The notes: generated by a model not told the origin, from the letters alone. DNA of 64,000 nucleotides from the human T2T-CHM13v2.0 reference genome, Homo sapiens (GCF_009914755.1 NC_060925.1), one strand, 5' to 3'. Positions 19,258-38,478 are shown, counted from the first letter of the stretch. Translations and numbers: made by a program.

Positions 19258-19758
19258 CAGGGGGTCCCCAACCCCCTGGCCAGTACCAGTTGGTGGCCTG
19301 TTAGGAACCAGGCAGCACAGCAGGACATGAGCTCACAAAGCTTCTTCTATATTTACAACAGCTCCCCATTGCTAACATTACTGCCTGAGCTCCACTTCCT
19401 TTCAGATCAGGCACAGCATTAGATTCTCATAGGAGCTTGAACACTATTGTGAACTGCACATTGAGGGATCTAGGCTGTGTGCTCCTTATGAGAATCTAAA
19501 GCCTGATGATCTGTCATCCCCAGATGGGACCATCTAGTTACAAGAAAACAAGTTCAGGGCTCCCACTGATTCTATATTACAGTGAGTTGTATAATTATTT
19601 CATTATATATTACAACGTAATAATAATAGAAATAAAATGCACAATAAATGTAATGCGCTTGAATCATCCTGAAACCATCCTCCCCTACAACCCCCGTTGG
19701 TGGAAAAACTGACTTCCGTGAAACCAGTCCCTAGTGCCAAAAAGGTTGGGGACCGCTG
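19258..19758 (+). mobile_element. MER1A hAT-Charlie element
   Basis: Terminal inverted repeats CAGGGGTCCCCAACC...GGTTGGGGACCGCTG; about 500 bp. Confidence 0.85.
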
Positions 19759-19764
19759 GTTAAT

Positions 19765-20290
19765 GAACTGCATTGCATAAAAACACTTTCTGCCTAGTAA
19801 GAAAAACCAACAACCCAAGACAAAAAAAAAATAACCCAAGAGAAAAAAGGGCTAAGAATATTAACATACACACCCCAGAATGGGAAATACAAATAGCTTC
19901 CAAAACAGTATAATATGTTCAACTTCACTTACAATAAGAAAAATACAGTAAGTATACTTTACAAATTAGAAAAGATAAAAAAGTATGGTAACAATTAGTA
20001 GAAGTGGGAGGAAAGAGGCACATTCACACAATACTAGTGAAAGTATAAATTGGTACAACTCCTATAGAGAGCAATTTGGCAATAACTGTCCAAGTTAAAA
20101 TATCCTTTTAAAAAATGTAGGAGTCTTAGCAATGGAAACAAAAAAAACTTGGAGAACTTGATTCTACAGATCCACTTGCACATGTACAAAACAGTGGATG
20201 TACAAGTGTATTCACTGCTGCACTGTTTCTAATACCACAAGAGTAGAAATAGCCTAAACGTCCATCAACTGAAAATTGGTTAAAGCAAAT
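19765..20290 (+). mobile_element. Degraded L1M(E) ORF2 3' fragment
   Basis: gtataaattggtacaac...agcaatttggcaa...cctaaacgtccatcaac motifs. Confidence 0.6.
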
Positions 20291-20436
20291 GCTAGAACAT
20301 CTAGGTATGTACATGTAAGAAAAAGGTAACGATGACTGCTCTACAGAGGGGGACTAGGTAGTTGAGGATGGGGGCTGCCAGAGTTACTTTTCACTGCCTA
20401 TGTTACACTTTCTGAATTTCAAATCAATATATATGA

Positions 20437-20810
<374 letters not shown>

Positions 20811-20813
20811 TGA

Positions 20814-21059
<246 letters not shown>

Positions 21060-21325
21060 TAAAATTGTTTTTAAGTGAGAGAAGGGGATATGCTAGGAGG
21101 TATGCCAGCTCCAGAAAGCACATTGCCTAGAATACTATGGTAAATAAGTAGATTTTACAGAGAGGACAATGAGAAATTAATGAAAGATTTTAAGCAGATA
21201 AATAAAAGTCAGATTTGTGCTCCCCAAACCACAGCTACCTTTAGGGATGACAGCTTAACGTTTAATATAGAATTTAAGAGACAAAGATAGGTTATGTGAT
21301 TTGCCTAAAGTCACTAAGCGAATAA

Positions 21326-21798
<473 letters not shown>

Positions 21799-22212
21799 TA
21801 ATATGATCGAGGTGAAACATCAAGTTAGAAATCCCCTAATTAGCTTTCCGAGTCCTCTAACCTCGCACACTCTAATCTCACCGTTGGGAAATACATGGGG
21901 GTAACAACCCTGCAAACGCCTGAAAATATGGTTATCTTTAGAATTTACGAAGATAAATGTGATTAGGCACATGTGGAAGAAGTTCAAGAGACTGTAAATG
22001 AGGGAGGCCAGGTTTCGCGACTATTAAACCAGGTGGCTTTTTCCTTCAGCATCCCCAGGAGAAGTACGAACGCGACTACAACAGCCGGCACAAATGGGAT
22101 CATGCCTGAAGTACCCATGGGGCACAGTAGAAAGAGCAGCAGGAAGCCGCGGGTAAGGAGAGGGGATGCCTGTGTGCTTACATGTAAAGAGAGAAGTAAG
22201 CCACCTACTCAC

Positions 22213-22309
22213 ACTCGTACTTCCTATTGACTGGCGGATACTTGGCCTTGATCGCCTTCTGTTCTTCAGTCAAATTGTAATCTCTAACATCTTCCTCTTC
22301 CTGCGCCAT
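22213..22309 (-). CDS. ZBTB8OS: Archease coding exon 1 (MAQEEEDVRDYNLTEEQKAIKAKYPPVNRKYE); in-frame upstream ATG at 22345 adds MKGGSRVSNPAV
   Basis: ATG at 22309 (GTCATGG context); donor GAG T|gtgagt at 22213/22212. Confidence 0.95.
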
Positions 22310-23086
22310 GACTGCAGGATTAGACACTCTACTTCCGCCCTTCATCCACCGGACTTCGGCCCGGAGTTACTACTTCCGCTCTAGACTCCGCCCCTTGGCG
22401 CACACCCTTAAAGGACCACACTCCTTTCTCGGAGTTGGCTGTTGACCTACTTTAGTCCCTACCCTGCCGCTTGGATCGCATATTTAAAAAGCCAAAACCC
22501 CATCTTCTGCGATTCCTTCATTACTAGTTCTTTCCAAAGACTAAGGAAAAACGTTGAAGGGCACCTTGAATGAAACCCGTCTGGGTCTGACTGGCGAGGT
22601 TCTTTCCCCCGCTTCACCCCCAAAATTGATAACTAGACCCGAAGGCATTCTAGATTTTTCATCTCAGTACTCTGAAAGGGTCGTAAGCTTAATAGCCTTC
22701 AAGAAAATGGCTGCCCTCTTGCTGCGGGAGTGTGCGGACCAAACCTCTCTCACGTGACCCTGACCGGGCGCAGTCCCGTCAACGCCGGCGCGCGCAATCG
22801 CGGGAAGTCGGCTCGGGGAGGCGTGGGGGGAGGGGCGGAGCGCGCGCCTCGGTCCCCGCGGAAAGCTACTCCGCGCGTCTGGATTGGTCGCGAACGCGGC
22901 TTCCCCGCCCATCCCGCCATTAGGAGCGCTCCCATTGGCTGATGTTGGCGCGAAGGTGCGCGAGTCAGCCCTCGCGCTGGGGGCGCAGGAAACAATAGAG
23001 GCCGCGCGCACAGAGCGAGCTCTTGCAGCCTCCCCGCCCCTCCCGCAACGCTCGACCCCAGGATTCCCCCGGCTCGCCTGCCCGCC

Positions 23087-23102
23087 ATGGCCGACAAGGA
23101 AG
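23087..23102 (+). CDS. RBBP4: RBBP4 exon 1 coding part (MADKE)
   Basis: Strong Kozak GCCATGG; donor AAG|gtgagg. Confidence 0.96.
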
Positions 23103-23614
23103 GTGAGGGTGCCGGGGCCGACCCAGGAGGGCAGTGGGTGCCTGGGCTGAGCCGCGGCCTCGACATGGCCTAACAGTGAGGGCAGGCCCGAGTTTGCCGA
23201 GTGCAGTCCCCGGTACTGAAGGCGTGAAGAGGGAACTCCCCGCGGGGCGGGCTAACGGCTCGCCAGTTCCCTGGGACCGATTTCGGTCGCAGCTGGCGAA
23301 GCCAGCGGTGGGGCCCCCGGCCAGTGTTTGTTTCTCTTCCTGCCTCCGATATCGGTTTCTCGGCCTCTGTCCCGAGCGTGGGGACACCGCTTCCTACCCA
23401 CAAGGCTCGAAGCTCGGGCCTCCTCGTCGGGCTTGTGAGTTTCGGCGCGCACGAGCGTGCTCCGAAGGCCTGGCTGGCCCCTTGGCCTGGAACGGGTAAC
23501 GGAGTGTTTGGCGGGGATGGCCCGAGGAGTTTCGGCGCCGCGAAAGTGGAGAGTGTGGATGCCTCTGCCGTGGGGATTTAGACAAATCACCTCCATTTCA
23601 TGGTTAGGCTGTAG

Positions 23615-23842
<228 letters not shown>

Positions 23843-25373
23843 TGACATGACTCTCCCGAACGTTATTTTGATGTATTTTCAGTGTAGATTTCTCATATTG
23901 ATTTTCTTTTTTCCGCTCTTCAGTCACCCGGAGAAGGCATGTGATCAAAACCTCTTGGTGACATTTTTTCTAGGCCACAAAGTAAGGCAAAATAACAAAA
24001 TGATTTTGTAACTTACCTGACAAGAGAAAACATATTGGCGTTTTTTTCTCAATACTGAATTAAATAGCTGTAGCTGATGATAATACCTGTAATAATAGTG
24101 GCTGTACCAAATAATAGTACAAAACTTGTCAACTTTCAAAAAGTATTATGGCCAGGAGCAGTGGCTCACACTTGGAATCCGAGCACTTTGGGAGGCCCAG
24201 GCAGGAGACTTACTTGAGGCCAGGAGTTGGAGACCAGCCCTGGGAATACCCTCGTCTCTACTGCCCCCCACACAAAAAAAGAAAAAAGTATTACAATGAG
24301 TCTAGTCCTTACAACAAAAATTTTTTGTTTTTCTTTTTGAGACGGTGTCTCACTCTGTTGTCCAGGCTGGAGTGCAGTGGCGCGAGCTCGACTCACTGCA
24401 ACCTCTGCCTCCCAGATTCGAGCGATTCTCCTGCCTAAGCCCTCCCAAGTAGCTGGGATTACAGGCACCTGCCACCACGCCTGGCTAAATTTTTTTGTAT
24501 TTTTAGTAGAGACGGGGTTTTACCATGTGGGACAGGCTGGTCTCCAACCCCCTGACCTCTGGTGATCCGCCCGCCTCTGCCTCCCAAAGTGCCGGGATTA
24601 CAGGCGTGAGCCACTGCACCTGGCCTCAACAAAACTTAATTTGAATTCTCGTAGTATGTCATGGTACCTGCCTTCAAGGAGCACATTGTCTAGTTGAAGT
24701 GGCAGATATAAACTAATAATTATAGTTATATATGGTGACAGCAGTTGTAGAGAGATAATTAGGGTACCTAGAAAACACCTGAAGGTGGAATGGCTTTCTT
24801 ATAAGGGGTTTGGGCATAGTGAGGGCTAAAAGATTAATCCTATGTTTCTTACGTGTAGGTAGCTTATCTCTAGTAGAGGGGATAAAATAGTTTGCATTTA
24901 TTGGGGCTGTATTTGGTGCTACATATCGGGGATCCAAATTAGTTATAATTAGCATAAAAGTGGTACAGATAAAATTATCAGAGGAAGGAAAATTTGCCTC
25001 AATTTGCCTCATTTCTTAGGAAGAAATGACAATGCAAAAAACAAAGAGGAGGGTAAATTTAGATGATATTAACATAGTTTTAACAAGACCATTGTGCCAT
25101 TTGGAATAATGGATTTTCTGGTACAAAAGTAAGTTTTCTGAATTACATTCAAAAGCGATTGTATGCTAAGTAAATTCCTTCAAAACTTGGATCTTTAAAA
25201 GTTAAGATAATTGCAAAATGTTATTAGACTATGATGTAGCTCAACAAATGATAGAAATTTGGCAGAAATTATACTAGTAACTTAAGAATGAGGCTGCTAC
25301 CTTTACAGTGGCATAAGGAAAAATAGGGAAATGTGTCCTAGGGATGTTACACAAAACCATAGTAAAAACCTAG

Positions 25374-25640
<267 letters not shown>

Positions 25641-26482
25641 TAGCCAGGATGGTCTCAATCTCCTGACCTCATGATCCACCCGCCTCGGCCTTCCAAAGTG
25701 CTGGGATTACAGGCGTGAGCCACCGCGCCCGGCCTAGAAGCTTCTTTATCATGACCAGGAGTTCCCACGTGCAATTGATCATCAGAATTGCTTGGGGAAT
25801 TCAGGATAATTGGAATCATTTCTGTCAAGAGTTTTCAGTGGTAATTCAAACCATTTAGGAACTTGTGGGCTGGTCATGGTGGCTCACACGTGTAATCCCA
25901 GCACTTTGGGAGGCTGAGGCAGGCAGATTGCTTGAGGCCAGGAGTTCCAGACCAGCCTGGGCAACATGGTGAAAAGCCCGTCTCTACTAAAATTACAAAT
26001 ATTATCCGGGCATGGTGGTGCGTACCTGTTAGTCCCAGCTCCTCAGTGGGGGCTGAGGCAGGAGGATCACCTGAGCCTTGGGAGGTCAAGGCTGCATTGA
26101 GCTGTGATCCTGCTACTGCACTCCAGCCTGAGCTAGGGATTGCCACCCTGTCTCAAAGAAAAAGAACTTGTGGCAGAGTACTTAATGAGAAGTGTACTGG
26201 AATGGTGATTCCACATTTACTATAGTCATATGCTAAATTGTGCTTATTGGACTAGTGGATCACAAATATTGGCCATCCCATACCTACTAAACATTCTAGA
26301 ACCCCTACTTTTCAGAAACTTCCCAAGTAATATAATAGAATGACTAGCTAGGTTTCGAAAGCAAGAATTAAAGACTTAATTCCCCAAGGCTGAAATCTGT
26401 ACTGTCATCTTAGTAGTTTTCTGCATTAGCAAATCTAGATAAATAATGTGAGAATTGTTTTTTGTTGTTGTTGTTGTTTTGA

Positions 26483-26650
<168 letters not shown>

Positions 26651-27632
26651 TAGTAGAGATGGGGTTTCACCATGTTGTCCAGGCTGGTCTTGAACTCCTG
26701 ACCTCAGGTAATCCACCCGCTTCGGCCTCCCAAAGTGCTGGGATTACAGGCGTGAGCTAGTGCACCTGGCTGAAAATTGTTTTTGAGACAGGATCTTGCT
26801 CTGTTGCCCAGACTGTGTTGCAGTGGCACGATCAGAGTTCCCTGCAGCCTTGACCTCCTGGGCCAAGGAATCCTCCTGCCTCAGCCTCTGGAATAGTTGG
26901 GGCTACAGGCACACGCTACCATACCTGGCTAATTTTTGAAAAATTTTTTTGCTATGTTGTCCAGACTGTTCTTTAACTTCTGGGCTCCAGTGATCCTCCC
27001 ACTTTGACCTCCCAAAGTGCTGGGATTACAGACATGAGCCACCGTGCCTGGCCCTGTTTTTGTTTTTTAAGATGAGGATTACTTACAAGCAAGCAGCCCT
27101 GATGCAGTGTTTACTTTTGTGTGTGTTCTTTTTCTGGTGTTTACCCAGATCCGTTTCCCCCCTTTAAAAAGAAAGAAAAACCACGGTTGTAGTTCTGTAA
27201 CACTGTCCTCTCCTTCGTTCTTTTTCTGGTTCTTGTCTAACCTTCTACATACAGGTAATTCCAATTTTCTGTTCATATCTCTCTTCATTTCTTTTCAGTG
27301 TAATGTAGAAGCTCTCAGAGCTTTGCCTGTGACATCTGTGCAGAAGAATTCCTATTGATATCTTTAGACCTCACTTCTCCAGAGCTTTTCCTGATTTTTC
27401 TTCTGCCTGCCCGTGTCTTCCCTGGTATATCTTACTGGCTTCCCCAGTTTGACATGTTGTAAATGGAATTATTCCTTACGTGAAGGCCTTACCCCAACTT
27501 TCTCTCCTGTTGTTCCTATTTCTTTTCATCATAATTGGCTTTAGTTTGACATTTTCTCTTTCTCCATTTTATAGGCAGTCAATTTATAAACCCCAATGAA
27601 TTCTGGTTGTGTAGCATCTTTCCCATCTAGGC

Positions 27633-27795
27633 CAGGGGTTCTCAAAATTTTATATGCATCATAATCAGCTGGAGGTACTGTGAAACAGTTAGTTGTGCCC
27701 CACCTTCTAGAGTTTCTGATTCAATGGGTCTGGAGTAGATGTGAGAATTTGTGTTTCTAACAAGTTCCCAGATGATGTGGATGCCCTTGACCCAG
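27633..27795. mobile_element. MER5A
   Basis: caggggttctcaaa...gtttctgattca...tttctaacaagttcccagatgatg. Confidence 0.75.
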
Positions 27796-28265
27796 TATGG
27801 AGTACAGAATGCCTTAAGACGGCATTCAGAACACTAAATAGTCAGTTTTAATCGGCCTTCTCTCCCACTGTGCTTTCCCATATCAGAAGTCAGATTTGGA
27901 CTTCAGCATACTTGTTACTTAGTAGCTGTGTGATCTTAGGCAAATTGTTTAATTTTCTTTCTTTTATTTATTTTTTTCTTTTTTGAGACAGGAAGTAGTC
28001 TTTCTCTGTCACCCAGGCTGGAGTGCAGTAACACGATCTCTGCTCACTGCAGCCTCCGCCTTTCGGGTTCAAGCGATTCTTGTGCCTCAGCCTCCCAAGT
28101 AGCTGGGATTAGCCAGCCGCCGGTTTTTTTTTGTTTTGTTTGTTTTTTGAGACAGAGTCTTGCTCTTTCGCCCAGGCTGGAGTGCAGTGGCACCGTCTTG
28201 GCTCACTGCAACCTCTGCCTCCTGGGTTCAAGCAGTTCTCCTGTCGCAGCCTCCTGAGTAGCTAG

Positions 28266-28529
<264 letters not shown>

Positions 28530-29177
28530 TGAAAAATTGGTTTATGTTATTTACTCTTCTTTCCCTTTTTTCATTCTTTTCAATTTCTTTGCACCCTTTC
28601 CCCTTCTTTCCTTTTTAATGAAAGTTTTAGTAAGCAAAATTATTAGCATACCCAACAATGGTTTGCTTTCCCTCCAACCTGTTGGTAGTGAGTGAGTAGT
28701 TAATTCACATTTTATTCCATAAAACGTTTTACTTTTTCTCCAGAGTAATTAAGTAGAAAATATGGCTCTTGGCCAGGCACGGTGGCTCTTGCCTGTAATC
28801 TCTGCACGTTGGGAGGCTGAGGTGGGTGGATAATTTGAGGCCAGGCGTTCGAGACCAGCCTGGCCAACATGGTGAAATCCCGTCTCTACTAAAAATACGA
28901 AAATCAGCCAGGCATGGTGGCAGGTTCTTGTAGTCCCAGCTACTCGGGAGGCTGAGGCATGAGAATCGCTTGAATCCGAGAGCCAGAGGTTGCAGTGAGC
29001 CAAGATCGCACCACTCCATTCTAGCCTGGGCGAAAGAGTGAGACTCTATTTATAAAAAAAGAAAGAAAGAAAAGACCCTTAATGACTTTTTCCCCTCTCT
29101 TAAAACCTGGTTGTATTAGTGACTTTGACATACATGTATATTGTTGACTTCGCCGTCTCCTGATGTTACTAATTTGA

Positions 29178-29417
<240 letters not shown>

Positions 29418-29598
29418 TAAACTCTGACTTTAGAAACAATATTTAAGGTTGAGGGAAAGCCTGAGTTTGCAATGGTAGGTATTTATATTTATATTAGAGT
29501 TTTAGGTATCAGAAGAAATACTTAACACATCCTTGGTTCTGTACCTTCACAATAAACTTTTCTCAGCTGGTGCTGGTGGGGAGGATTTCTGCAATTGA

Positions 29599-29996
<398 letters not shown>

Positions 29997-30287
29997 TGAG
30001 TAGGTGTAAATAATCTTACTGGTTGATTGTTTAAAGCACAGATATGCACAGAGGACATAGGATATCTATGGTATTAAAATTTCATGGGACTGGTGGGGAG
30101 GGAATAGTTCTTAAAAGAGTTCTTAGAGGAGCAATAGTAAAAAAAAAAAAAAAGGTTGAGAAACACTAACTTAAATTACCCTTTCTAGGTTTAAAGTGGT
30201 AGAAATGACTTGACCATGGCACTCTCTATGTGTATAGAAACTAAGTTCCAATGAGTTGTTTAATTATATCCTGTTTTTAGGCCATAA

Positions 30288-30563
<276 letters not shown>

Positions 30564-30627
30564 TGATCCTCCTGCCTTTTGTTCTTGTTACTGAGGCACA
30601 AATACTCTGATTGGTAGTGTGATAAAT

Positions 30628-31015
30628 TGTAAAACTACATATATGTGTGTGTATATATTTATATTGTGTGTGTAAAATTATATGTGTAATTTTACACAAT
30701 ATAAATGTTATATTTATATATAAACACGTATATATGTATGTATATGTAAAACTACATGCGTGTATATATTGTGTGTAAAATATAATTATATATAATTTTA
30801 GATAATATAAATGTATTATATTTATATATAAATATATAAATTATATATGTAAAACTACATGTGTATATATTTATATTGTGTGTAATATATATAATTTATA
30901 TATACATATAAATTTTATATATATAAAATATATGTAATTTTACACACACACAATATAAATGTATACACACACATATATGTGGTTTTACATATATATGTAA
31001 TTTTACACACAATGT
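30628..31015. repeat. AT-rich composite tandem/inverted repeat
   Basis: Direct copies of tgtaaaactacat at about 30628, 30745 and 30848; inverted arms at 30628-30680 and 30935-30989. Confidence 0.85.
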
Positions 31016-31226
31016 AAAAAACGCACCCCTTCTCCCATATAATAAACCTTTCCCTGGCCAGGTGCGGTGAGTCACTCCTGTAATCCCAGCACTTTGGGAG
31101 GCTGAGACCAGTGGATCACTTGAGGTCAGGAGTTCAAGACCAGCCTGGCCAACATAGTGAAACCCTGTCTCTACTAAAAATACAAAATTAGCCATGTGCA
31201 GTGGCACGCACCTGTAATCCCAGCTA

Positions 31227-31377
<151 letters not shown>

Positions 31378-32254
31378 TTAAATGGATGTATTGTGATGTA
31401 TTGTTTTCTGAAGGATTTATCCTGTGTATTGGATCACTCATTCAACAAATATGTTGAGTAATTTTGTATGCCAGGTATAGAATATGCAATATAGGTTCAT
31501 AATTTGCTTTTATGGCCTAATATATCTGGGGCATGTATCTTTGTTAGTAGATGGAGACCTGCCTCCTTTTGATGGCTGTATAGTAGACCATAATTAACTA
31601 TTCCTTACTGATAGACATTTAGATGGTTTCTAATTTTTTGACTTCAAAAGCATAGTTTTGCTATAGAAATACTTTCTAAGTAGAATGTTGTATCAAAGGG
31701 CAGGACCGTTTTTTAATATAATTGATACTGCTAAGTTGCACTCCAGAAAAAGATTTGAAGTCCCACAACAGCGTATGTATTTATGTCTGTTTCTCCATGC
31801 CTTTGCCAACACTGGACTCAGTAGAGTTCATTCTCAAGTTTACATTGCTTTTTTTATTTGTGATGTTGAGCTTACATCTCCTGTTTATTTATGTTTTTTG
31901 CCCGTATTTCCTTTTGAGTTACCTCTTCATATAAGGTAAATTACACCCTCTCCACCCAATAAATAGGTGCAGATCATTTTCTTGTTTAACTTAAAATCTT
32001 AAGTCCTGTTATTGGTTAGAAGCTGTAAGTTGCTTTTTTAATGGAGCCTTGCTCTGTCACCCAGACTGGAGTGCACTGGCATGATCTTAGCTGACTGCAG
32101 CCTCCTTATGGGCTCAAACGATCCTCCCACCTATGCCTCCCAAGTAGCTCTGGCTACAGACATACACCACCATACCTGGATTTTTATTTTATTTATTTAT
32201 TTTTATTTATTTATTTTTTTGAGTCGGAGTCTGGCTCTGTCGCCCAGGCTGTAG

Positions 32255-32371
<117 letters not shown>

Positions 32372-32594
32372 TAATTTTTTTTTTTTTTTTAAGAGATGGC
32401 ATGTCACTATGTTGCTCAGGCTGATCTGGAACTCTGGCCTCAATCTTCCCACCTCAGACCTCCCATTCAATGATTTCATAAAGTATGTGTTCATCTATTG
32501 TTGTCTTCTGGGACTTTTATGTTTGGGCCATTAAAACTTTTGTCATTCTGGTATTTGGTATGGAATCAGAATCCAGCCTTTTTTTCCTAAATGA

Positions 32595-32789
<195 letters not shown>

Positions 32790-32919
32790 TAGGTCTCACC
32801 ACGTTGCCCAGGCTGGTCTGAAAACTCCTGGGCTCTTGCAATTCACCCACTTTGGCTTCCCAAAGTTCTGGGCTTATAGGCATGAGCCACTATACTCAGC
32901 CAAAAAAATTTTTTTATTC

Positions 32920-34109
<1,190 letters not shown>

Positions 34110-34116
34110 TGAGTAG

Positions 34117-34401
<285 letters not shown>

Positions 34402-34557
34402 TGATCCACCTGCCTCAGCCTCCCAAAGTGCTGGGATTATAGGCGTGAGCCACCATGCCCAGCCTAGTTTTGTTTTTTAAGGAAGTGATATCTCAGCCCA
34501 GGCGCAGTGGCTGGCGACTGTAATTCCAGCACTTGGGAGGCCGAGGCTTATGGATCA

Positions 34558-34773
<216 letters not shown>

Positions 34774-35369
34774 TCAAAAAAACATAAAAATAAATAAAAA
34801 TTAAAAAGTGATGTCTCTAGTCTTTAGTCCAAATTTATAATAAATTATTATATATTTTACTCAAGCTGGTAGATTCTTAGTTGTAAGGTTCATGGACTCA
34901 AAAAGTGGCTCAGTGGTAAAAATCACTATGGTGGTTACCTTGTTTGAGGACATAGTATTGACTGGGAAGACACAGTTCATACCTTCTGGTAAGATGGGAA
35001 TGTTTTATATTTTGACCTGGTGCATACATATATAAAAATTCATCAAGCTACGACGATTTGTGCACCTTTACTATATCATGTTATACCTCACGTTTGTTTT
35101 AATAATATTTATATGGAGAGAAGCCAACAAAATAGGAAAGCAAGTTGATACTTCAGCCTTTCTTTTCTACTTCAGATTGGCCTTTTCGCATAACAGCTTC
35201 AACACCTATTTATTTATTTTGTATTATATTACTATATATGTATTTTTTCAGACAGGGTCTTGCTCTGTTGCCCAGGCTGGAGTGCAGTGGTGTGATCACA
35301 GCTCACTGCAGCCGCAGCCTCCCAAGCAGCTAGGACTTATAGGCATGTGCCACCACAGTCAGCCCCTGA

Positions 35370-35573
<204 letters not shown>

Positions 35574-35651
35574 TAGCCAGGATGGTCTCAATCTCCTGAC
35601 CTCGTGATCCGCCTGCCTCGGCCTCTCAAAGTGCTGCGATTACAGGCTTGA

Positions 35652-36040
<389 letters not shown>

Positions 36041-36582
36041 CAATTTTCAATTTTGAATACGCTAAGTTCTTACTACTGTGGTTTTCTTTATGGTTTAGGA
36101 GGCCTACGTTTAATATCTACTCAATACTGAAATAACCAATGTTATGTAGTGGTTACCCCTTGCTCTGTGGGCTCTGTGCCAACTGTGGCTTCTCCTCCTT
36201 TGTTATTGGTGCCTCTTTTCTGGCAGCTATGCTTCTTTTTTTGTTTGTTTGTTTGTTTTTTGAGACAGAGTCTCACTCTGTCGCCCAGACTGGAGTGTAG
36301 TCGTGCAATCTTGGTTCAGTGCAACCTCTGCCTCCCGGGTTCAAGCAATTCTCTTGCCTCAGTCTCCTGAGCAGCTGGGACTACAGGCACGTGCCACCAT
36401 GCCCAGCTAATTTTTGTATTTTTAGTAGAGATGAGGTTTCACCATATTGGCCATGCTGATCTCAAACTCCTGACCTTGTGATCCACCCGTCTCGGGCTCC
36501 CAAAGTGCTGGGATTACAGGTGTGAGCCACCGTGCCCAGCCACTTTTTTGGGGGTGGTGGTCATTGGCCTTTGCAGTTGTAT

Positions 36583-36915
36583 ATGTGCATATCTCAGAGA
36601 TATGATGGGGGTTCAGTTCCCAATCACTGCAGTAAAGCAAATATATAAAGCAAACCACACAAATTTTTTGTATGTTTACACTATACTATAGTCTCCTAAA
36701 CGTGCAATAGCATTATGTCTAAAAAACAATGTACATACCTTAATTTGAAAATACTTCATTGCTAAAAAAAATAATAATAATAATGCAGACACAGAGGCAC
36801 CAACTGAACACATGTTGGGAAAATGCCACTAATAGACTTAGTGCAGGGTTGCTGTAACCTTCAATTGGGGAAAAAAACTTATGTGTGACGCACAATAAAA
36901 CGAGCTATGCCTGTA
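36583..36915. mobile_element. Internally deleted Tigger1-like element
   Basis: Degenerate TIRs (gcatatctcagagata... / ...aaaacgagctatgcctgta). Confidence 0.7.
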
Positions 36916-37358
36916 CTTAGACTGAAGTTTCTTGAGGTACGTACCATATATGCCTTGTTTTTTCATAGATTGTAGATGCTTGTGGGCTGGAGTTATGGAA
37001 AAAATTAGGGATTTTTTCTCCTTTAGAATCTATCTTGAATTTTTATTTTTAGGTTTTTAGCCTGTGTGAAACATTTTGCTTTTCAAAAGTTATTTTGAAG
37101 TTGAAAGTTATCTAATACGCCAGCCATACCACCCATGTATATCTTTGCTTTCTGAAAAGATGTTTGTCCTTCAAAGAATAACACTAGGCCCGGCCCAGTG
37201 GCGCTCTCCTGTAATCCCAGCACTTTGGGAGGCTGAAGCGGGTAGATTATCTGATGTCAGGAGTTCAAGACCAGTCTGGCCAACATGATGAAACCCCGTC
37301 TCTACTAAAAATGCAAAAATTAGCTGGGCGTCATGGCACATGGCTGCAGTCCCAGCTA

Positions 37359-37490
<132 letters not shown>

Positions 37491-38146
37491 CTATATAGCA
37501 ATGCAATTGACAGAATATTTTTATTTATTTTTAAGTTACTCTCACAACTTCTTTGCTTTGTGGATAAGGTATTTGATGCTCAGAGAAACTGAAGGCTTTC
37601 CCTGAATCACCAAACTAAGTAAGTGACAGAGCCACTTAGGGGCCTGGGTCTGACTCTTACTTTGGAACTTTTGCAACCGTACCATGCTGCCTTCTATTAT
37701 TCTTTGATCATTAACTACCTTTATTTATATATTGCTTTGCCAAGATTTACATAATCACACATTATATTGTTATATATACTGTAATGATACTTGAGAGAAC
37801 TCTCTAAGTGCACATAGTAGTCATGTGTGAATAAAAAATGTTTTCATCTAGTTGTTGCCTACCTGGTTTATTTCAACCAGGGACTTTTGTTGGCATGTGT
37901 AAGTGGGTGTAGCAAAATGGAACTGGCTGCTGTGGCTCTGTTTTTCCTCACTGAAATAAAAGAAACACTGTAAGGAGAAGATAAACGGCATGATGGTATT
38001 TCAGAACATTCATCCCAAGCTAGAGCTTCATACAAGCAATGCAAGAAGGGCACTTTAGTGTTTAGCACACTGTGTACTTAATATTCATTATAGTAGTAGC
38101 ATTGGTTTTATTTATTCAGCATACTTATTTACACTTTGAAATTTGA

Positions 38147-38384
<238 letters not shown>

Positions 38385-38478
38385 TGATCTGCCCGCTTCA
38401 GCCTCCCAAAGTGCTGGGATTACAGGCGTGAGCCACTGCGCCTGGCTGAAAACTTTATTAAGATCTGTTTTTGAAGTA

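Larger units (their letters stand above)
22000..23560. promoter_or_regulatory. CpG island / bidirectional promoter of ZBTB8OS and RBBP4
   Basis: High GC and CpG content; start codons about 0.78 kb apart head-to-head. Motifs: ETS-like ACTTCCG near 22331 and 22372, GC boxes near 22386 and 22832, YY1-like AAAATGGCTG 22704, E-box TCACGTGAC 22750-22758, inverted CCAAT boxes 22883 and 22934, E2F site TTGGCGCGAA 22945-22954. Confidence 0.9.

Noticed and set aside
27808-27828. GAATGCC-N7-GGCATTC hairpin
   Set aside because: A 7-bp stem is expected by chance in 64 kb and sits at a MER5A edge.
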